DNA of 44,375 bases from sequence record NC_019704.1. The stretch is one strand, 5' to 3'. The notes under the pieces were generated by a model. It was given only the letters and a program-made list of their open reading frames with translations, ran no database searches and was not told where the DNA came from. This stretch comes from Enterobacteria phage mEp237. Position 1 is the stretch's first letter. Every line of letters begins with the position of its first letter. Of the stretch, positions 1-10,306 are shown piece after piece. The translations under genes and the position numbers were made by a program.

Positions 1-546
1 ATGGAGGTTAACAAAAAACGCTTATCCGAAATTTTCGGGGTAAGCGTCCGAACGATTCAGAACTGGCAGGAGCAAGGTATGCCGGTTGTCCGCGGTGGTG
101 GCAAAGGTAATGAGGTTCTCTTTGAATCTGCTGCTGCAATCGAATGGTACAGTGCGCGCGATGCAGCTATAGAAAATGAAAAGTTGCGGAAGGAAGTTGA
201 AGATCTCCGTATCGCTTCTGAGTCCGATCTTCAACCTGGCACGATTGAATATGAGCGACACCGACTTACGCGAGCTCAGGCTGACGCTCAGGAATTAAAA
301 AATGCAAAAGAGTCCGCTGAAGTGGTGGAGACCGCATTCTGCACGTTCGTGCTGTCGCGGGTAGCCGGAGAAATCGCCAGCATTCTCGATGGAATACCTC
401 TGTCGGTTCAGCGGCGCTTCCCGGAGCTGGAGAACCGACATATTGATTTCCTCAAGAAGGACATCATTAAGGCCATGAACAAGGCAGCTGCGCTGGATGA
501 AATGATACCGGGGTTGCTGAGTGAATATATCGAACAGTCAGGTTAA
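1..546 (+). CDS. nu1: Terminase small subunit (lambda gpNu1 homolog)
   Basis: 181 aa; near-identical over its length to remembered lambda Nu1 (MEVNKK..., ...LSEYIEQSG); overlaps the start of A as in lambda. Confidence 0.95.
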   Translation: MEVNKKRLSEIFGVSVRTIQNWQEQGMPVVRGGGKGNEVLFESAAAIEWYSARDAAIENEKLRKEVEDLRIASESDLQPGTIEYERHRLTRAQADAQELKNAKESAEVVETAFCTFVLSRVAGEIASILDGIPLSVQRRFPELENRHIDFLKKDIIKAMNKAAALDEMIPGLLSEYIEQSG

Positions 547-2443
547 GGGGCTGCAGCACTCTGCGCGGGCGGGGTTACGTTCGCTGTACCGGCCGCAACC
601 GCAAACAGCAGTTGAATGGGCAGATGAGAATTATTATCTCCCGAAAGAGTCTGCCTACCAGGAAGGGCGCTGGGAAACACTGCCATTTCAGCGTGCAATT
701 ATGAATGCGATGGGTAATGACTATATTCGCGAGGTGAATGTCGTTAAATCGGCTCGTGTCGGCTACTCAAAAATGTTGCTCGGCGTTTACGCATATTTCA
801 TCCAACATAAACAGCGTAACTCCCTAATATGGTTACCAACCGACGGTGATGCTGAAAACTTCATGAAGTCTCATGTAGAACCGACCATTCGTGATATTCC
901 GACGTTGCTGGCGCTTGCTCCCTGGTACGGTAAAAAACACCGGGACAATACGCTGAGCATGAAGCGTTTCTCGAATGGTCGTGGTTTCTGGTGCCTGGGC
1001 GGTAAGGCTGCAAAAAACTACCGTGAAAAATCAGTTGATGTGGCTGGCTACGACGAGCTCGCCGCTTTCGATGATGACATCGAGAAAGAAGGTTCTCCCA
1101 CCTTTCTGGGTGATAAGCGTATTGAGGGTTCTGTATGGCCGAAATCCATTCGCGGATCTACACCGAAAGTCAAAGGTATGTGCCAGATAGAAAGAGCTGC
1201 TAAGGAGTCTGAACATTTTCTTCGGTTCCATGTTCCATGCCCACACTGTGGGGAAGAGCAGTATCTGAAATTCGGTGATAAAGAGACACCATTTGGCTTC
1301 AAATGGTCTCCGGGAGAACCTGCCAGCGTTTACTACCTCTGTGAACACAATGCCTGTGTGATTAAACAACAGGAGCTGGAATTTCTGGAGGCCAGGTATA
1401 TTTGTGATGAAACAGGTATCTGGACACGAGACGGCCTTAACTGGTTTTCTTCATCCGGTACCGAAATTGAACCTCCTGACAGCGTTACATTCCACATCTG
1501 GACCGCATATAGCCCGTTCACAACCTGGGTGCAGATCGTCAAGGACTGGATAAAAACAAAAGGTGATACGGGTAAGCGAAAAACTTTCGTTAACACGACC
1601 CTGGGCGAAACGTGGGAACCGAAAATAGGTGAACGACCCGATGCTGAAGTTTTAGCGGAACGAAAAGAGCACTTTGAAGCGTCTGTGCCGGAGCGAGTGG
1701 CATATCTGACAGCGGGTATTGACTCCCAGCTTGACCGTTACGAAATGCGTGTTTGGGGATGGGGGCCGGGAGAGGAAAGCTGGCTTATCGACAAAATTAT
1801 CATTATGGGTCGTCATGATGATGAGTCGACTCTCGCTCGAGTTGATGAAGCGATCAACAGGACGTATAAGCGCCAGAACGGTCTCGAAATGGTTATATCC
1901 CGCACTTGCTGGGATATTGGCGGCATTGATCCCACCATCGTCTACAACCGCTCAAAAAAACACGGTCTGTTTCGTGTGATCCCTATAAAGGGGGCGTCGG
2001 TTTATGGAAAGCCAGTGGCGAACATGCCACGCAAGCGTAACAAGAATGGTGTTTACCTCACAGAGGTAGGAACAGACACCGCAAAAGAGCAGATTTATAA
2101 CCGTTTCACGCTGGTGGCGCAAAGAGACGAGCCGCTGGCGGGAGCGGTTCATTTCCCGAATAACCCAGAAATCTACGATCTAACAGAGGCCCAACAACTA
2201 ACAGCTGAAGAGCAGGTGGAAAAATGGGTAGACGGAAAGAAAAAGATCGTCTGGGACAGCAAAAAACGACGAAATGAGGCGCTCGATTGCTTTGTTTATG
2301 CACTGGCGGCGCTGCGTATAAGCATATCCCGCTGGCAGCTAAATCTTGATTCACTTCTGGCCAGCCTGCTGGAGGAAGAAGGCAGCCGTAACAATAACAA
2401 GACCCTGGCGGATTACGCGCGGGCATTATCTGGAGATGAATAA
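521..2443 (+). CDS. A: Terminase large subunit (lambda gpA homolog)
   Basis: 640 aa; N-terminus MNISNSQV... and length match lambda gpA (641 aa); start lies inside the Nu1 3' end. Confidence 0.96.
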   Translation: MNISNSQVKGLQHSARAGLRSLYRPQPQTAVEWADENYYLPKESAYQEGRWETLPFQRAIMNAMGNDYIREVNVVKSARVGYSKMLLGVYAYFIQHKQRNSLIWLPTDGDAENFMKSHVEPTIRDIPTLLALAPWYGKKHRDNTLSMKRFSNGRGFWCLGGKAAKNYREKSVDVAGYDELAAFDDDIEKEGSPTFLGDKRIEGSVWPKSIRGSTPKVKGMCQIERAAKESEHFLRFHVPCPHCGEEQYLKFGDKETPFGFKWSPGEPASVYYLCEHNACVIKQQELEFLEARYICDETGIWTRDGLNWFSSSGTEIEPPDSVTFHIWTAYSPFTTWVQIVKDWIKTKGDTGKRKTFVNTTLGETWEPKIGERPDAEVLAERKEHFEASVPERVAYLTAGIDSQLDRYEMRVWGWGPGEESWLIDKIIIMGRHDDESTLARVDEAINRTYKRQNGLEMVISRTCWDIGGIDPTIVYNRSKKHGLFRVIPIKGASVYGKPVANMPRKRNKNGVYLTEVGTDTAKEQIYNRFTLVAQRDEPLAGAVHFPNNPEIYDLTEAQQLTAEEQVEKWVDGKKKIVWDSKKRRNEALDCFVYALAALRISISRWQLNLDSLLASLLEEEGSRNNNKTLADYARALSGDE

Positions 2444-2649
2444 TGGCAACACAGACTGAACTGGATGCCGCGCGCGCTGCGTTACATGACCTGATGATGG
2501 GAAAGCGCGTGGCGACGGTACAGAAAGACGGTCGAAGAGTGGAATTTACAGCCACTTCAGTCAGCGATCTCAAAAAATATATTGCTGACCTTGAATCTCA
2601 GGTTGGCACCACATCACGACGCCGGGGGCCAGCAGGGTTTTACGTATGA
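2443..2649 (+). CDS. W: Head-tail joining protein (lambda gpW homolog)
   Basis: 68 aa, same length as lambda W, with the conserved core [27 protein letters not shown]; TAATG overlap with A. Confidence 0.9.
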   Translation: MATQTELDAARAALHDLMMGKRVATVQKDGRRVEFTATSVSDLKKYIADLESQVGTTSRRRGPAGFYV

Positions 2650-4238
2650 AAATACCATCTTTGGTGGGACCTGACGGGAAAACATCCCTTCGGGAATACG
2701 CAGGATATCATGGCGGTGGAGGCGGGTTTGGTGGGCAGCTGCGAGGCTGGAATCCGCCGAGTGAAAGTGCAGATGCCGCACTCCTACCCAACTATTCTCG
2801 CGGAAATGCCCGCGCTGACGATCTGGTGCGAAATAATGGCTACGCGGCAAACGCCGTGCAGCTCCACCAGGACCACATCGTCGGGTCATTTTTCAGACTA
2901 AGTTATCGACCAAGCTGGCGTTATCTGGGAATAAATGAGGAGGATTCACGGGCATTCTCGCGGGATGTGGAAGCTGCATGGAATGAGTATGCCGAGGACG
3001 ACTTTTGCGGGATTGATGCCGAGCGTAAGCGAACGTTTACGATGATGATCCGAGAAGGTGTGGCCATGCACGCGTTTAACGGTGAATTATGCACGCAGGC
3101 GACCTGGGACAGCGATTCAACGCGTCTTTTCCGTACTCAGTTCAAAATGGTCAGTCCGAAGCGCGTCAGCAATCCGAATAATATCGGTGATACCCGGAAC
3201 TGTCGCGCCGGTGTGAAAATAAATGATAGCGGTGCTGCGCTGGGATATTACGTCAGCGACGATGGTTATCCCGGCTGGATGGCGCAGAACTGGACCTACA
3301 TTCCTCGCGAACTACCCGGCGGTCGACCTTCATTTATCCATGTATTCGAACCGATGGAGGATGGACAGACCCGTGGGGCCAATGCGTTTTACAGCGTGAT
3401 GGAGCAGATGAAAATGCTCGATACCCTGCAAAATACCCAGCTCCAGAGCGCGATAGTGAAGGCTATGTATGCCGCTACCATCGAGAGTGAACTGGATACC
3501 CAATCGGCGATGGACTTTATTCTCGGCGCGGATAATAAAGAGCAGCAGAGCAAACTTACGGGCTGGCTCGGTGAAATGGCGTCCTATTACTCAGCTGCGC
3601 CTGTTCGCCTGGGTGGGGCAAGGGTTCCACACCTGTTGCCGGGTGATTCTCTCAACCTTCAGTCGGCGCAGGATACCGATAACGGCTACTCGACTTTTGA
3701 ACAGTCCCTGCTGCGTTATATTGCCGCTGGGCTTGGTGTGTCGTATGAGCAGCTTTCGCGAAACTATTCGCAGATGAGCTACTCGACCGCACGCGCAAGT
3801 GCTAACGAGTCCTGGGCGTACTTTATGGGGCGTCGCAAGTTTGTGGCATCCCGACAGGCCTGTCAGATGTTTCTTTGCTGGCTTGAAGAGGCGATTGTCC
3901 GCCGCGTGGTCACGCTTCCTTCGAAAGCCCGGTTCAGTTTCCAGGAGGCGAGAACAGCCTGGGGGAATGCCAACTGGATTGGCTCTGGTCGAATGGCAAT
4001 TGACGGGCTGAAAGAGGTACAGGAGGCCGTCATGCTCATTGAGGCAGGTCTCAGCACGTATGAAAAAGAGTGCGCCAAACGCGGTGATGATTATCAGGAG
4101 ATTTTTGCCCAGCAGGTCCGGGAAACCATGGAGCGTCGTGCTGCGGGTCTGAAACCACCGGCATGGGCCGCTGCAGCTTTTGAGGCCGGAGTGAAAAAAT
4201 CAAACGAGGAGGAGCAAGATGGCGCACGAGCTGCGTAA
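2646..4238 (+). CDS. B: Portal protein (lambda gpB homolog)
   Basis: 530 aa; strong similarity to remembered lambda gpB along its length; ATGA overlap with W. Confidence 0.95.
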   Translation: MKIPSLVGPDGKTSLREYAGYHGGGGGFGGQLRGWNPPSESADAALLPNYSRGNARADDLVRNNGYAANAVQLHQDHIVGSFFRLSYRPSWRYLGINEEDSRAFSRDVEAAWNEYAEDDFCGIDAERKRTFTMMIREGVAMHAFNGELCTQATWDSDSTRLFRTQFKMVSPKRVSNPNNIGDTRNCRAGVKINDSGAALGYYVSDDGYPGWMAQNWTYIPRELPGGRPSFIHVFEPMEDGQTRGANAFYSVMEQMKMLDTLQNTQLQSAIVKAMYAATIESELDTQSAMDFILGADNKEQQSKLTGWLGEMASYYSAAPVRLGGARVPHLLPGDSLNLQSAQDTDNGYSTFEQSLLRYIAAGLGVSYEQLSRNYSQMSYSTARASANESWAYFMGRRKFVASRQACQMFLCWLEEAIVRRVVTLPSKARFSFQEARTAWGNANWIGSGRMAIDGLKEVQEAVMLIEAGLSTYEKECAKRGDDYQEIFAQQVRETMERRAAGLKPPAWAAAAFEAGVKKSNEEEQDGARAA

Positions 4239-5562
4239 TCTTCCGCATATTGCCAGTATGGCCTTTAATGAGCCGCTGATGCTTGAACCCGCCTATGCGC
4301 GGGTTTTCTTTTGCGCGCTGGCTGGCCAGTTGGGCATCACCCGGCTGACAGATACCGTCTCTGGCATCACGCTTGATGCCGGACAAATAGCCGAACCGCT
4401 GGCGCTGTTTGGTGAGGATGATGACATGGATCCCCGTCCATCACGCAGCTATCAGGTGGCAAATGGTATCGCGGTCTTGCCGGTTTCCGGCACGCTGGTC
4501 AGTAAAACCCGTGCGCTTCAGCCTTATTCCGGCATGACGGGTTACAACGGGATCATTGCTCGCCTGCAGCAGGCAATCAGTGACCCCGGCGTTGACGGCA
4601 TTCTTCTGGATATGGATACGCCGGGTGGAATGGTGTCCGGGGCGTTTGACTGCGCCGACATTATAGCCCGTATGCGCGATATCAAACCCATCTGGGCGCT
4701 GGCCAATGACATGAACTGCAGTGCAGGGCAGCTTATAGCCAGTTCGGCATCGCGACGGCTGGTCACACAAACGGCCAGAACCGGCTCCATTGGGGTCATG
4801 ATGGCGCACAGCAACTATGGCGCTGCGCTCAAAACTAACGGCGTTGAGGTCACGCTGATTTACAGCGGCGATCGCAAGGTCGACGGCAACCCTTACGAAA
4901 AGCTTCCGAAAGATGTGCGTGCTGATTTCCAGACGCGTATCGATGCCACTCGTCAGATGTTTGCCGAAAAGGTTTCCGCTTATACCGGCATGTCTGTTCA
5001 GGACGTGCTGGACACCGAAGCGGCAGTATTCTCCGGCCAGGAGTCTTTGGATAACGGACTGGCGGATGAACTTGTTAACAATACCGATGCGCTCGGCGTG
5101 ATGCGCGAAGCACTCGACAGACGCAAAAAAACAACCCTTGGAGGAACTATGCCATCACCTTCTGCTTCAGCTGTGACCACTAAGCCAGTTGACCAGGCAG
5201 CAACTCAGACAACTGCCTCAGCTGAACAGGTCACTACCGTTGACACGACCATTGCTTCCGTAGCGGCCCCTGTAGATGTCAGTGCGCAGGTTACTGCAGC
5301 AGTAGCTGCAGAGAATAGCCGCATCATGGGCATCCTGAACTGCGATGAGGCTAAAGGGCGTGAGTCACAGGCGCGAGCACTGGCCGAAACGCCGGGTATG
5401 ACGGTAGAGAGCGCACAGCGCATTCTGGCTGCTGCACCGCAAAGTGCCCAGGCGCGTACCGATACGGCGCTGGATCGTTTGATGGAAACAGCACCCGGTG
5501 CACTCCCAGCAGGTAGCGCATCTTCTGATGCCGCTGACGATTTGTTAAACACCCCCGTTTAA
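4219..5562 (+). CDS. C: Head maturation protease / scaffold (lambda gpC-Nu3 homolog, S49 family)
   Basis: 447 aa; lambda C-like N-terminus ([27 protein letters not shown]) and conserved C-terminal scaffold segment (AAENSRIMGILNC...). Confidence 0.9.
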   Translation: MAHELRNLPHIASMAFNEPLMLEPAYARVFFCALAGQLGITRLTDTVSGITLDAGQIAEPLALFGEDDDMDPRPSRSYQVANGIAVLPVSGTLVSKTRALQPYSGMTGYNGIIARLQQAISDPGVDGILLDMDTPGGMVSGAFDCADIIARMRDIKPIWALANDMNCSAGQLIASSASRRLVTQTARTGSIGVMMAHSNYGAALKTNGVEVTLIYSGDRKVDGNPYEKLPKDVRADFQTRIDATRQMFAEKVSAYTGMSVQDVLDTEAAVFSGQESLDNGLADELVNNTDALGVMREALDRRKKTTLGGTMPSPSASAVTTKPVDQAATQTTASAEQVTTVDTTIASVAAPVDVSAQVTAAVAAENSRIMGILNCDEAKGRESQARALAETPGMTVESAQRILAAAPQSAQARTDTALDRLMETAPGALPAGSASSDAADDLLNTPV

Positions 5563-5571
5563 GAGGCTATC

Positions 5572-5904
5572 ATGGCAATTACTGAAGTTTTCACACATAA
5601 CCAGCCGCTCGGTAACAGCGACCCGGCGCACACTGCGTATGGTCCTGGCGAACTGACGGCTTCCACTCCAGCCATGACGCCGCTCATGCTGGATGCCACT
5701 TCTGGCAAGCTGACCGTCTGGGATGGTGCTCATGCTGGCGCGGCAATGGGCATCCTGGCTGTAACCGCAGACCAGAACAGCGCGGAACTGGCATATTACA
5801 AATCTGGCTCTTTCCGTATTGAAGATGTCCTCTGGCCATCTGCCGTCACCGACGACAACATTAAACGTAACGCGTTCGCCGGTACTGCAATCAGCATCGT
5901 TTAA
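5572..5904 (+). CDS. D: Head decoration protein (lambda gpD homolog)
   Basis: 110 aa, same length as lambda D; conserved NSDPAHTA ... [10 protein letters not shown]. Confidence 0.9.
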   Translation: MAITEVFTHNQPLGNSDPAHTAYGPGELTASTPAMTPLMLDATSGKLTVWDGAHAGAAMGILAVTADQNSAELAYYKSGSFRIEDVLWPSAVTDDNIKRNAFAGTAISIV

Positions 5905-5933
5905 TCCGCATTTCTACAACCATCATCATTCAT

Positions 5934-5958
5934 AAAAGCCGCTTGCGCGGCTTTTTTT
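5934..5958 (+). terminator. Intrinsic terminator-like hairpin between D and E
   Basis: 9-bp perfect stem AAAAGCCGC / GCGGCTTTT with 4-nt loop, followed by a T-run. Confidence 0.6.
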
Positions 5959-5971
5959 ACGGGAAAAATCT

Positions 5972-6997
5972 ATGTCCGTTTACACCACTGCCCAACTGCT
6001 GGCGGTCAATGAGAAGAAATTCAAATTCGATCCGCTTTTCCTGCGTATCTTTTTCCGCGAAACCTATCCCTTCAGTACAGAGAAGGTTTACCTGTCGCAA
6101 ATTCCTGGCCTGGTCAATATGGCGCTTTACGTCTCGCCGATTGTCTCCGGCAAAGTGATCCGCTCCCGTGGCGGCAGCACGTCTGAATTCACGCCGGGTT
6201 ATGTGAAGCCGAAACACGAAGTTAACCCACTGATGACTCTCCGCCGCCTGCCGGATGAGGATCCGCAGAATCTCGCTGACCCGGTCTATCGCCGTCGCCG
6301 CATTATCCTTCAGAACATGAAGGATGAAGAGCTGGCGATTGCTCAGGTCGAAGAGAAACAGGCTGTTTCGGCGGTGCTCAGCGGTAAATACACCATGACC
6401 GGGGAAGCGTTCGAGCCTGTTGAAGTCGATATGGGCCGCAGCGCTGGTAACAACATTGTCCAGGCCGGTGCGGCTGCATGGTCAACCCGCGACAAAGAAA
6501 CGTATGACCCGACCGATGACATTGAAGCCTACGCGCTCAACGCCAGCGGTGTGGTCAACATCATTGTGTTCGATCCGAAAGGCTGGGCGCTGTTCCGTTC
6601 CTTCAAGGCTGTTGAGAAGAAGCTGGATACGCGTCGTGGTTCTAACTCTGAGCTGGAAACTGCCGTGAAAGACCTGGGTATGGCTGTTTCATACAAGGGG
6701 ATGTTTGGCGATGTGGCCATCGTGGTGTACTCCGGCCAGTACGTCGAAAACGACGTCAAAAAGAATTATCTGCCGGACCTGACAATGGTGCTGGGGAATA
6801 CCCAGGCTCGTGGCCTGCGTACCTATGGCTGCATTCTTGATGCTGATGCCCAGCGCGAAGGTATCAATGCCTCGACACGCTACCCGAAAAACTGGGTGCA
6901 GTCGGGGGATCCGGCGCGCGAATTCACCATGATTCAGTCAGCTCCGCTGATGCTGCTGCCAGACCCTGACGCATTCGTCTCCGTCAAACTGGCATAA
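5972..6997 (+). CDS. E: Major capsid protein (lambda gpE homolog)
   Basis: 341 aa, same length as lambda E, with very high similarity (MSVYTTAQLLAVNEKKFKFDPLFLR...). Confidence 0.96.
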   Translation: MSVYTTAQLLAVNEKKFKFDPLFLRIFFRETYPFSTEKVYLSQIPGLVNMALYVSPIVSGKVIRSRGGSTSEFTPGYVKPKHEVNPLMTLRRLPDEDPQNLADPVYRRRRIILQNMKDEELAIAQVEEKQAVSAVLSGKYTMTGEAFEPVEVDMGRSAGNNIVQAGAAAWSTRDKETYDPTDDIEAYALNASGVVNIIVFDPKGWALFRSFKAVEKKLDTRRGSNSELETAVKDLGMAVSYKGMFGDVAIVVYSGQYVENDVKKNYLPDLTMVLGNTQARGLRTYGCILDADAQREGINASTRYPKNWVQSGDPAREFTMIQSAPLMLLPDPDAFVSVKLA

Positions 6998-7042
6998 CTT
7001 CCCCCAGTGGCCCTGTCGGGCCACCTTTCTGGAGTATTTCCC

Positions 7043-7450
7043 ATGACAGAAAAAGAAAAGCTGGTCGCCCGCCTGAATGAACTTGGGACCCAGCTTAACC
7101 GCGAGGTCAGTACCAGCGGCACCATTCAGGAACTGACGATGCGTATTGCTGAGCTTGAAGAGGAACTGGATGGCAATGCCGGGTCAGTTGACGGTGAAAA
7201 CGGCGTGCAGAATGCTTCCGACAGCACCGACAGCACCGACAACAATGTTGCTAACGTGGCAAAAGTAAAAACGGAATCGGCCACAACGGGTGACCTGGTA
7301 TCAGTAGAAACGCTGGCCACCCTGCATATTGACGCTCTGCATGCCACGCGTAACGAGCCGGTATCTATCGTAGAGCCTGGTGTGATTATCCGCGTATCTG
7401 AACAGGATGCCGACGACTTGATCGCAAAGGGGCTGGCTTTCGAAGTCTGA
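7043..7450 (+). CDS. FI: DNA packaging protein FI homolog
   Basis: Start at internal ATG (MTEKEKLVARLNELG...) preceded by GGAG; acidic middle region and C-terminus LHIDALHATR resemble lambda FI; the ORF-track start at 7007 lacks an RBS. Confidence 0.8.
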   Translation: MTEKEKLVARLNELGTQLNREVSTSGTIQELTMRIAELEEELDGNAGSVDGENGVQNASDSTDSTDNNVANVAKVKTESATTGDLVSVETLATLHIDALHATRNEPVSIVEPGVIIRVSEQDADDLIAKGLAFEV

Positions 7451-7460
7451 AGGGGGCCAC

Positions 7461-7814
7461 ATGGCTGATTTCGATAATCTCTTTGACGAGGCCATGTCGC
7501 GAGCTGATAGCGCTATCCGTGGTGTGATGGGCACAGAGGCAAAGGTGATGTCAGGCGCTTTGTCAGGTGCCACCCTGGTCGGTGTATTCGATGATCCAGA
7601 AAATATCGGATATGCCGGTGCCGGGATTCGTGTTGAAGGAACCAGCCCGACCCTGTTTGTGGAAACCGCCACTGTCAGGCAGCTGCAGCGTATGGACACG
7701 CTGACGATTAACGGTCGGCAATTCTGGGTTGAACGTATTGGTCCGGATGACTGTGGCTCCTGTCATATCTGTCTGGGTAACGGCTCTCCACCTGCATCTT
7801 CGCGTCGCCGTTAA
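7461..7814 (+). CDS. FII: Head-tail connector protein FII homolog
   Basis: 117 aa, same length as lambda FII; N-terminus MADFDNLFD and conserved GVFDDPENI. Confidence 0.9.
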   Translation: MADFDNLFDEAMSRADSAIRGVMGTEAKVMSGALSGATLVGVFDDPENIGYAGAGIRVEGTSPTLFVETATVRQLQRMDTLTINGRQFWVERIGPDDCGSCHICLGNGSPPASSRRR

Positions 7815-7823
7815 GGAGCGCAT

Positions 7824-8378
7824 ATGTCCATAAAAGGCCTTGAACAGGCCATAGAAAACCTTAACAGCATCAGCAAAACGGCTGTTCCGCGGGCATCGGC
7901 GCAGGCCGTTAACCGCGTGGCAAACCGGGCCGTCAGCCGCAGCGTGGCAGTCGTATCAAAAGATACGCGCGTACCGCGAAAACTGGTAAAGCAACGCGCC
8001 AGGGTGAAGCGTGCGACGGTCAATAGACCTCGTGCACTTATCCGGGTAAACCGGGGAAATTTACCGGCCATTAAACTCGGTACCGCAAGCGTGCGACTTT
8101 CCCGCAGAAAACGGGACAAGAAAGGGGCCAACAGCGTTCTGCGCATAGGGCCATTTCGTTTTCCGGGCGGCTTTATCCAGCAACTTAAAAATGGTCGCTG
8201 GCATGTCATGAGGCGGACTTCAAAACCTCGTTACCCCATTGAAGTGGTCAGCATCCCGCTGGCAGCTCCATTAACTACGGCATTTAAAGAAGAACTGCCG
8301 AAGCTCATGGAGTCAGATATGCCCAAAGAGCTCCGGGCATCCCTTACCAACCAACTCAGGTTAATTCTGACACGATGA
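7824..8378 (+). CDS. Z: Tail completion protein (lambda gpZ homolog)
   Basis: 184 aa; similarity to lambda Z (IKGLEQA...NGRWHVM); position after FII. Confidence 0.88.
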   Translation: MSIKGLEQAIENLNSISKTAVPRASAQAVNRVANRAVSRSVAVVSKDTRVPRKLVKQRARVKRATVNRPRALIRVNRGNLPAIKLGTASVRLSRRKRDKKGANSVLRIGPFRFPGGFIQQLKNGRWHVMRRTSKPRYPIEVVSIPLAAPLTTAFKEELPKLMESDMPKELRASLTNQLRLILTR

Positions 8379-8773
8379 AACACAGCGATATTCGCAAGGT
8401 GATTATTGACGCGCTGGAAAGCGCGATTGGTACTGATGTCATTTATTTTGACGGCAGACCTGCAGTGCTCGAAGAGGGTGATTTTCCCGCTGTTGCCGTC
8501 TACCTGACAGATGCGGAATACACAGGGGAAGAACTGGACGCCGATAGCTGGCAGGCCATTCTGCATATCGAAGTCTTTCTTGAGGCTCAGGTACCTGATT
8601 CTGATCTGGATGACTGGATGGAGACGAGAGTGTATCCGGTTCTCGCAGAGGTTCCGGGGCTTGAATCTCTTATCACCACAATGGTTCAGCAGGGCTATGA
8701 CTACCAGCGCGATGACGATATGGCGCTGTGGAGTTCTGCCGACCTGAAATATTCCATTACTTACGACATGTGA
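8375..8773 (+). CDS. U: Tail terminator protein (lambda gpU homolog)
   Basis: 132 aa; strong similarity to lambda U (FDGRPAV...[18 protein letters not shown]); ATGA overlap with Z. Confidence 0.9.
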   Translation: MKHSDIRKVIIDALESAIGTDVIYFDGRPAVLEEGDFPAVAVYLTDAEYTGEELDADSWQAILHIEVFLEAQVPDSDLDDWMETRVYPVLAEVPGLESLITTMVQQGYDYQRDDDMALWSSADLKYSITYDM

Positions 8774-8780
8774 GGACCCT

Positions 8781-9518
8781 ATGGCCACACCAAACCCGCT
8801 GGCACCAACAAAAGGTGCTGGTACCACCCTCTGGGTTTACACCGGAACTGGTGATCCATACGCCAATCCGCTTTCAGACGTTGACTGGCTGCGCCTGGCA
8901 AAGATTAAAGACCTGCAGCCCGGAGAACTGACAGCTGAATCGGAAGATGACACCTACATCGATGATGAGAATGCCGACTGGACATCAACGATGCAGGGGC
9001 AGAAATCAGCCGGTGAAACAAACCTGACGCTCGCATGGATGCCGGAGGATTCCGGTCAGCAGGACCTGGTGAACTGGTTCGATGAAGGCACCGTGAAGGG
9101 GTATAAAATCAAATATCCGAATGGTGTTGTCGATGTCTTTAAGGGCTGGGTGAGCAGTCTCGGCAAGACCATCTCGTCTAAAGAGGTCATGACCCGCACG
9201 GCAAAAATCACCAACAATGGCAAACCATCGCTGGCCGAAGACAGTGGTACCGCGCCGATTGCCGTTACGGGGATCAGCCTGGATAAATCCACGGCGGCTG
9301 TGGCTGTCGCGGCCACGACGCAACTGGTTGTTTCTGTCCTGCCAGCAAGTGCTTCAGATAAGTCTTTCCGCGTAGCCAGTTCTGATCCGTCAAAAGCAAC
9401 GGTCACCGTCAGCGGCAATACCCTGACTGTTACCGGCGTGGCGGCAGGCACCGTCGAGATCATCGTAATGAGCAATGACGGTAACTTTGTGGCGATCTGC
9501 AAAGTCACTGTTTCCTGA
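8781..9518 (+). CDS. V: Major tail tube protein (lambda gpV homolog) with C-terminal Ig-like domain
   Basis: 245 aa; lambda V-like N-terminus; C-terminal Big_2-like segment ([21 protein letters not shown]). Confidence 0.92.
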   Translation: MATPNPLAPTKGAGTTLWVYTGTGDPYANPLSDVDWLRLAKIKDLQPGELTAESEDDTYIDDENADWTSTMQGQKSAGETNLTLAWMPEDSGQQDLVNWFDEGTVKGYKIKYPNGVVDVFKGWVSSLGKTISSKEVMTRTAKITNNGKPSLAEDSGTAPIAVTGISLDKSTAAVAVAATTQLVVSVLPASASDKSFRVASSDPSKATVTVSGNTLTVTGVAAGTVEIIVMSNDGNFVAICKVTVS

Positions 9519-9554
9519 TAACCGGGGCGAAAGCCCCGTTCCCCCGGAGTAATT

Positions 9555-9977
9555 ATGTTTCTAAAGAGCGAGCTGCTTGAAAGTAACGGCAGCAGCGTCA
9601 CATTGTTCCAGCTGTCGGCGCTGCAGCGTATTGAATACCTCGAATACCTGAAACAACTTGAGGCGGTTGAAGCTGGTGATTTTCAGGCTGCCATTACCCT
9701 TACCGTGAAGAGTGGAGCATATCTGGTGGCAATGTCACTCTGGCATGGCCACGCGCTTAAAGGATCGCAGGGAGAAAACGCGGCGGCGGAAGTGGAGCAG
9801 ATTCAGGATGAGGTCATGCAGACATGGCCGACCGAACTTGTTGCCGAAGCCGAATATAAGGTGAAACTCCTGTCCGGGATGATTGCGCCGGTCACTGATG
9901 ACCAGGCTGAGCCCGGTGAAGAACGTAATGAACCCGCTGAACCTGTTACTGCGGAAAAGCCCTCGCCAGTGAGCTGA
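9555..9977 (+). CDS. G: Tail assembly chaperone (lambda gpG homolog)
   Basis: 140 aa, same length as lambda G, with similar N-terminus and core (MSLWH); followed by an overlapping -1 frame ORF. Confidence 0.9.
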   Translation: MFLKSELLESNGSSVTLFQLSALQRIEYLEYLKQLEAVEAGDFQAAITLTVKSGAYLVAMSLWHGHALKGSQGENAAAEVEQIQDEVMQTWPTELVAEAEYKVKLLSGMIAPVTDDQAEPGEERNEPAEPVTAEKPSPVS

Positions 9978-10306
9978 AGTTTGCCATGAAACTGGCGCGT
10001 GAGTTCGGTCGCCCGGACTGGCGTGCCATGCTTGCTGGCATGTCCTCAACGGAATACGGCGACTGGAAAATCTTCTACCAGGACAATTACTTTCATGATG
10101 CGCAGCTGGATGCTCATTTCTCCGGTTTGCTCTACACCATCTCAACCCTGTTTTTTGCTGATCCGGAATTAACACCGGACAGTTTCAGCATCCTTTCCCC
10201 TGTATCGGAAAGCATCGACGTTGATGAGCCGGATGACGATACGCTGATGGCGAAGGCTGCAGGTATTTCAGGAGGCGTGCGCTATGGCCCAGACGGCAGT
10301 GGGTGA
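9941..10306 (+). CDS. T: T segment of the G-T tail assembly chaperone fusion (reached by -1 frameshift from G)
   Basis: The -1 frame is open from 9941 (stop at 9938-9940) to 10306 and overlaps the G 3' end, matching the lambda G/G-T arrangement; exact slip site uncertain. Confidence 0.7.
   Translation, partial: TCYCGKALASELKFAMKLAREFGRPDWRAMLAGMSSTEYGDWKIFYQDNYFHDAQLDAHFSGLLYTISTLFFADPELTPDSFSILSPVSESIDVDEPDDDTLMAKAAGISGGVRYGPDGSG

Noticed and set aside
2106-2573. 155-aa minus-strand ORF antisense to the terminase large subunit gene
   Set aside because: Entirely antisense to a highly conserved gene; such long antisense ORFs are expected by chance in GC-balanced coding DNA. The same applies to 17701-18309 (antisense to J), 34788-35285 (antisense to P) and 37901-38461.
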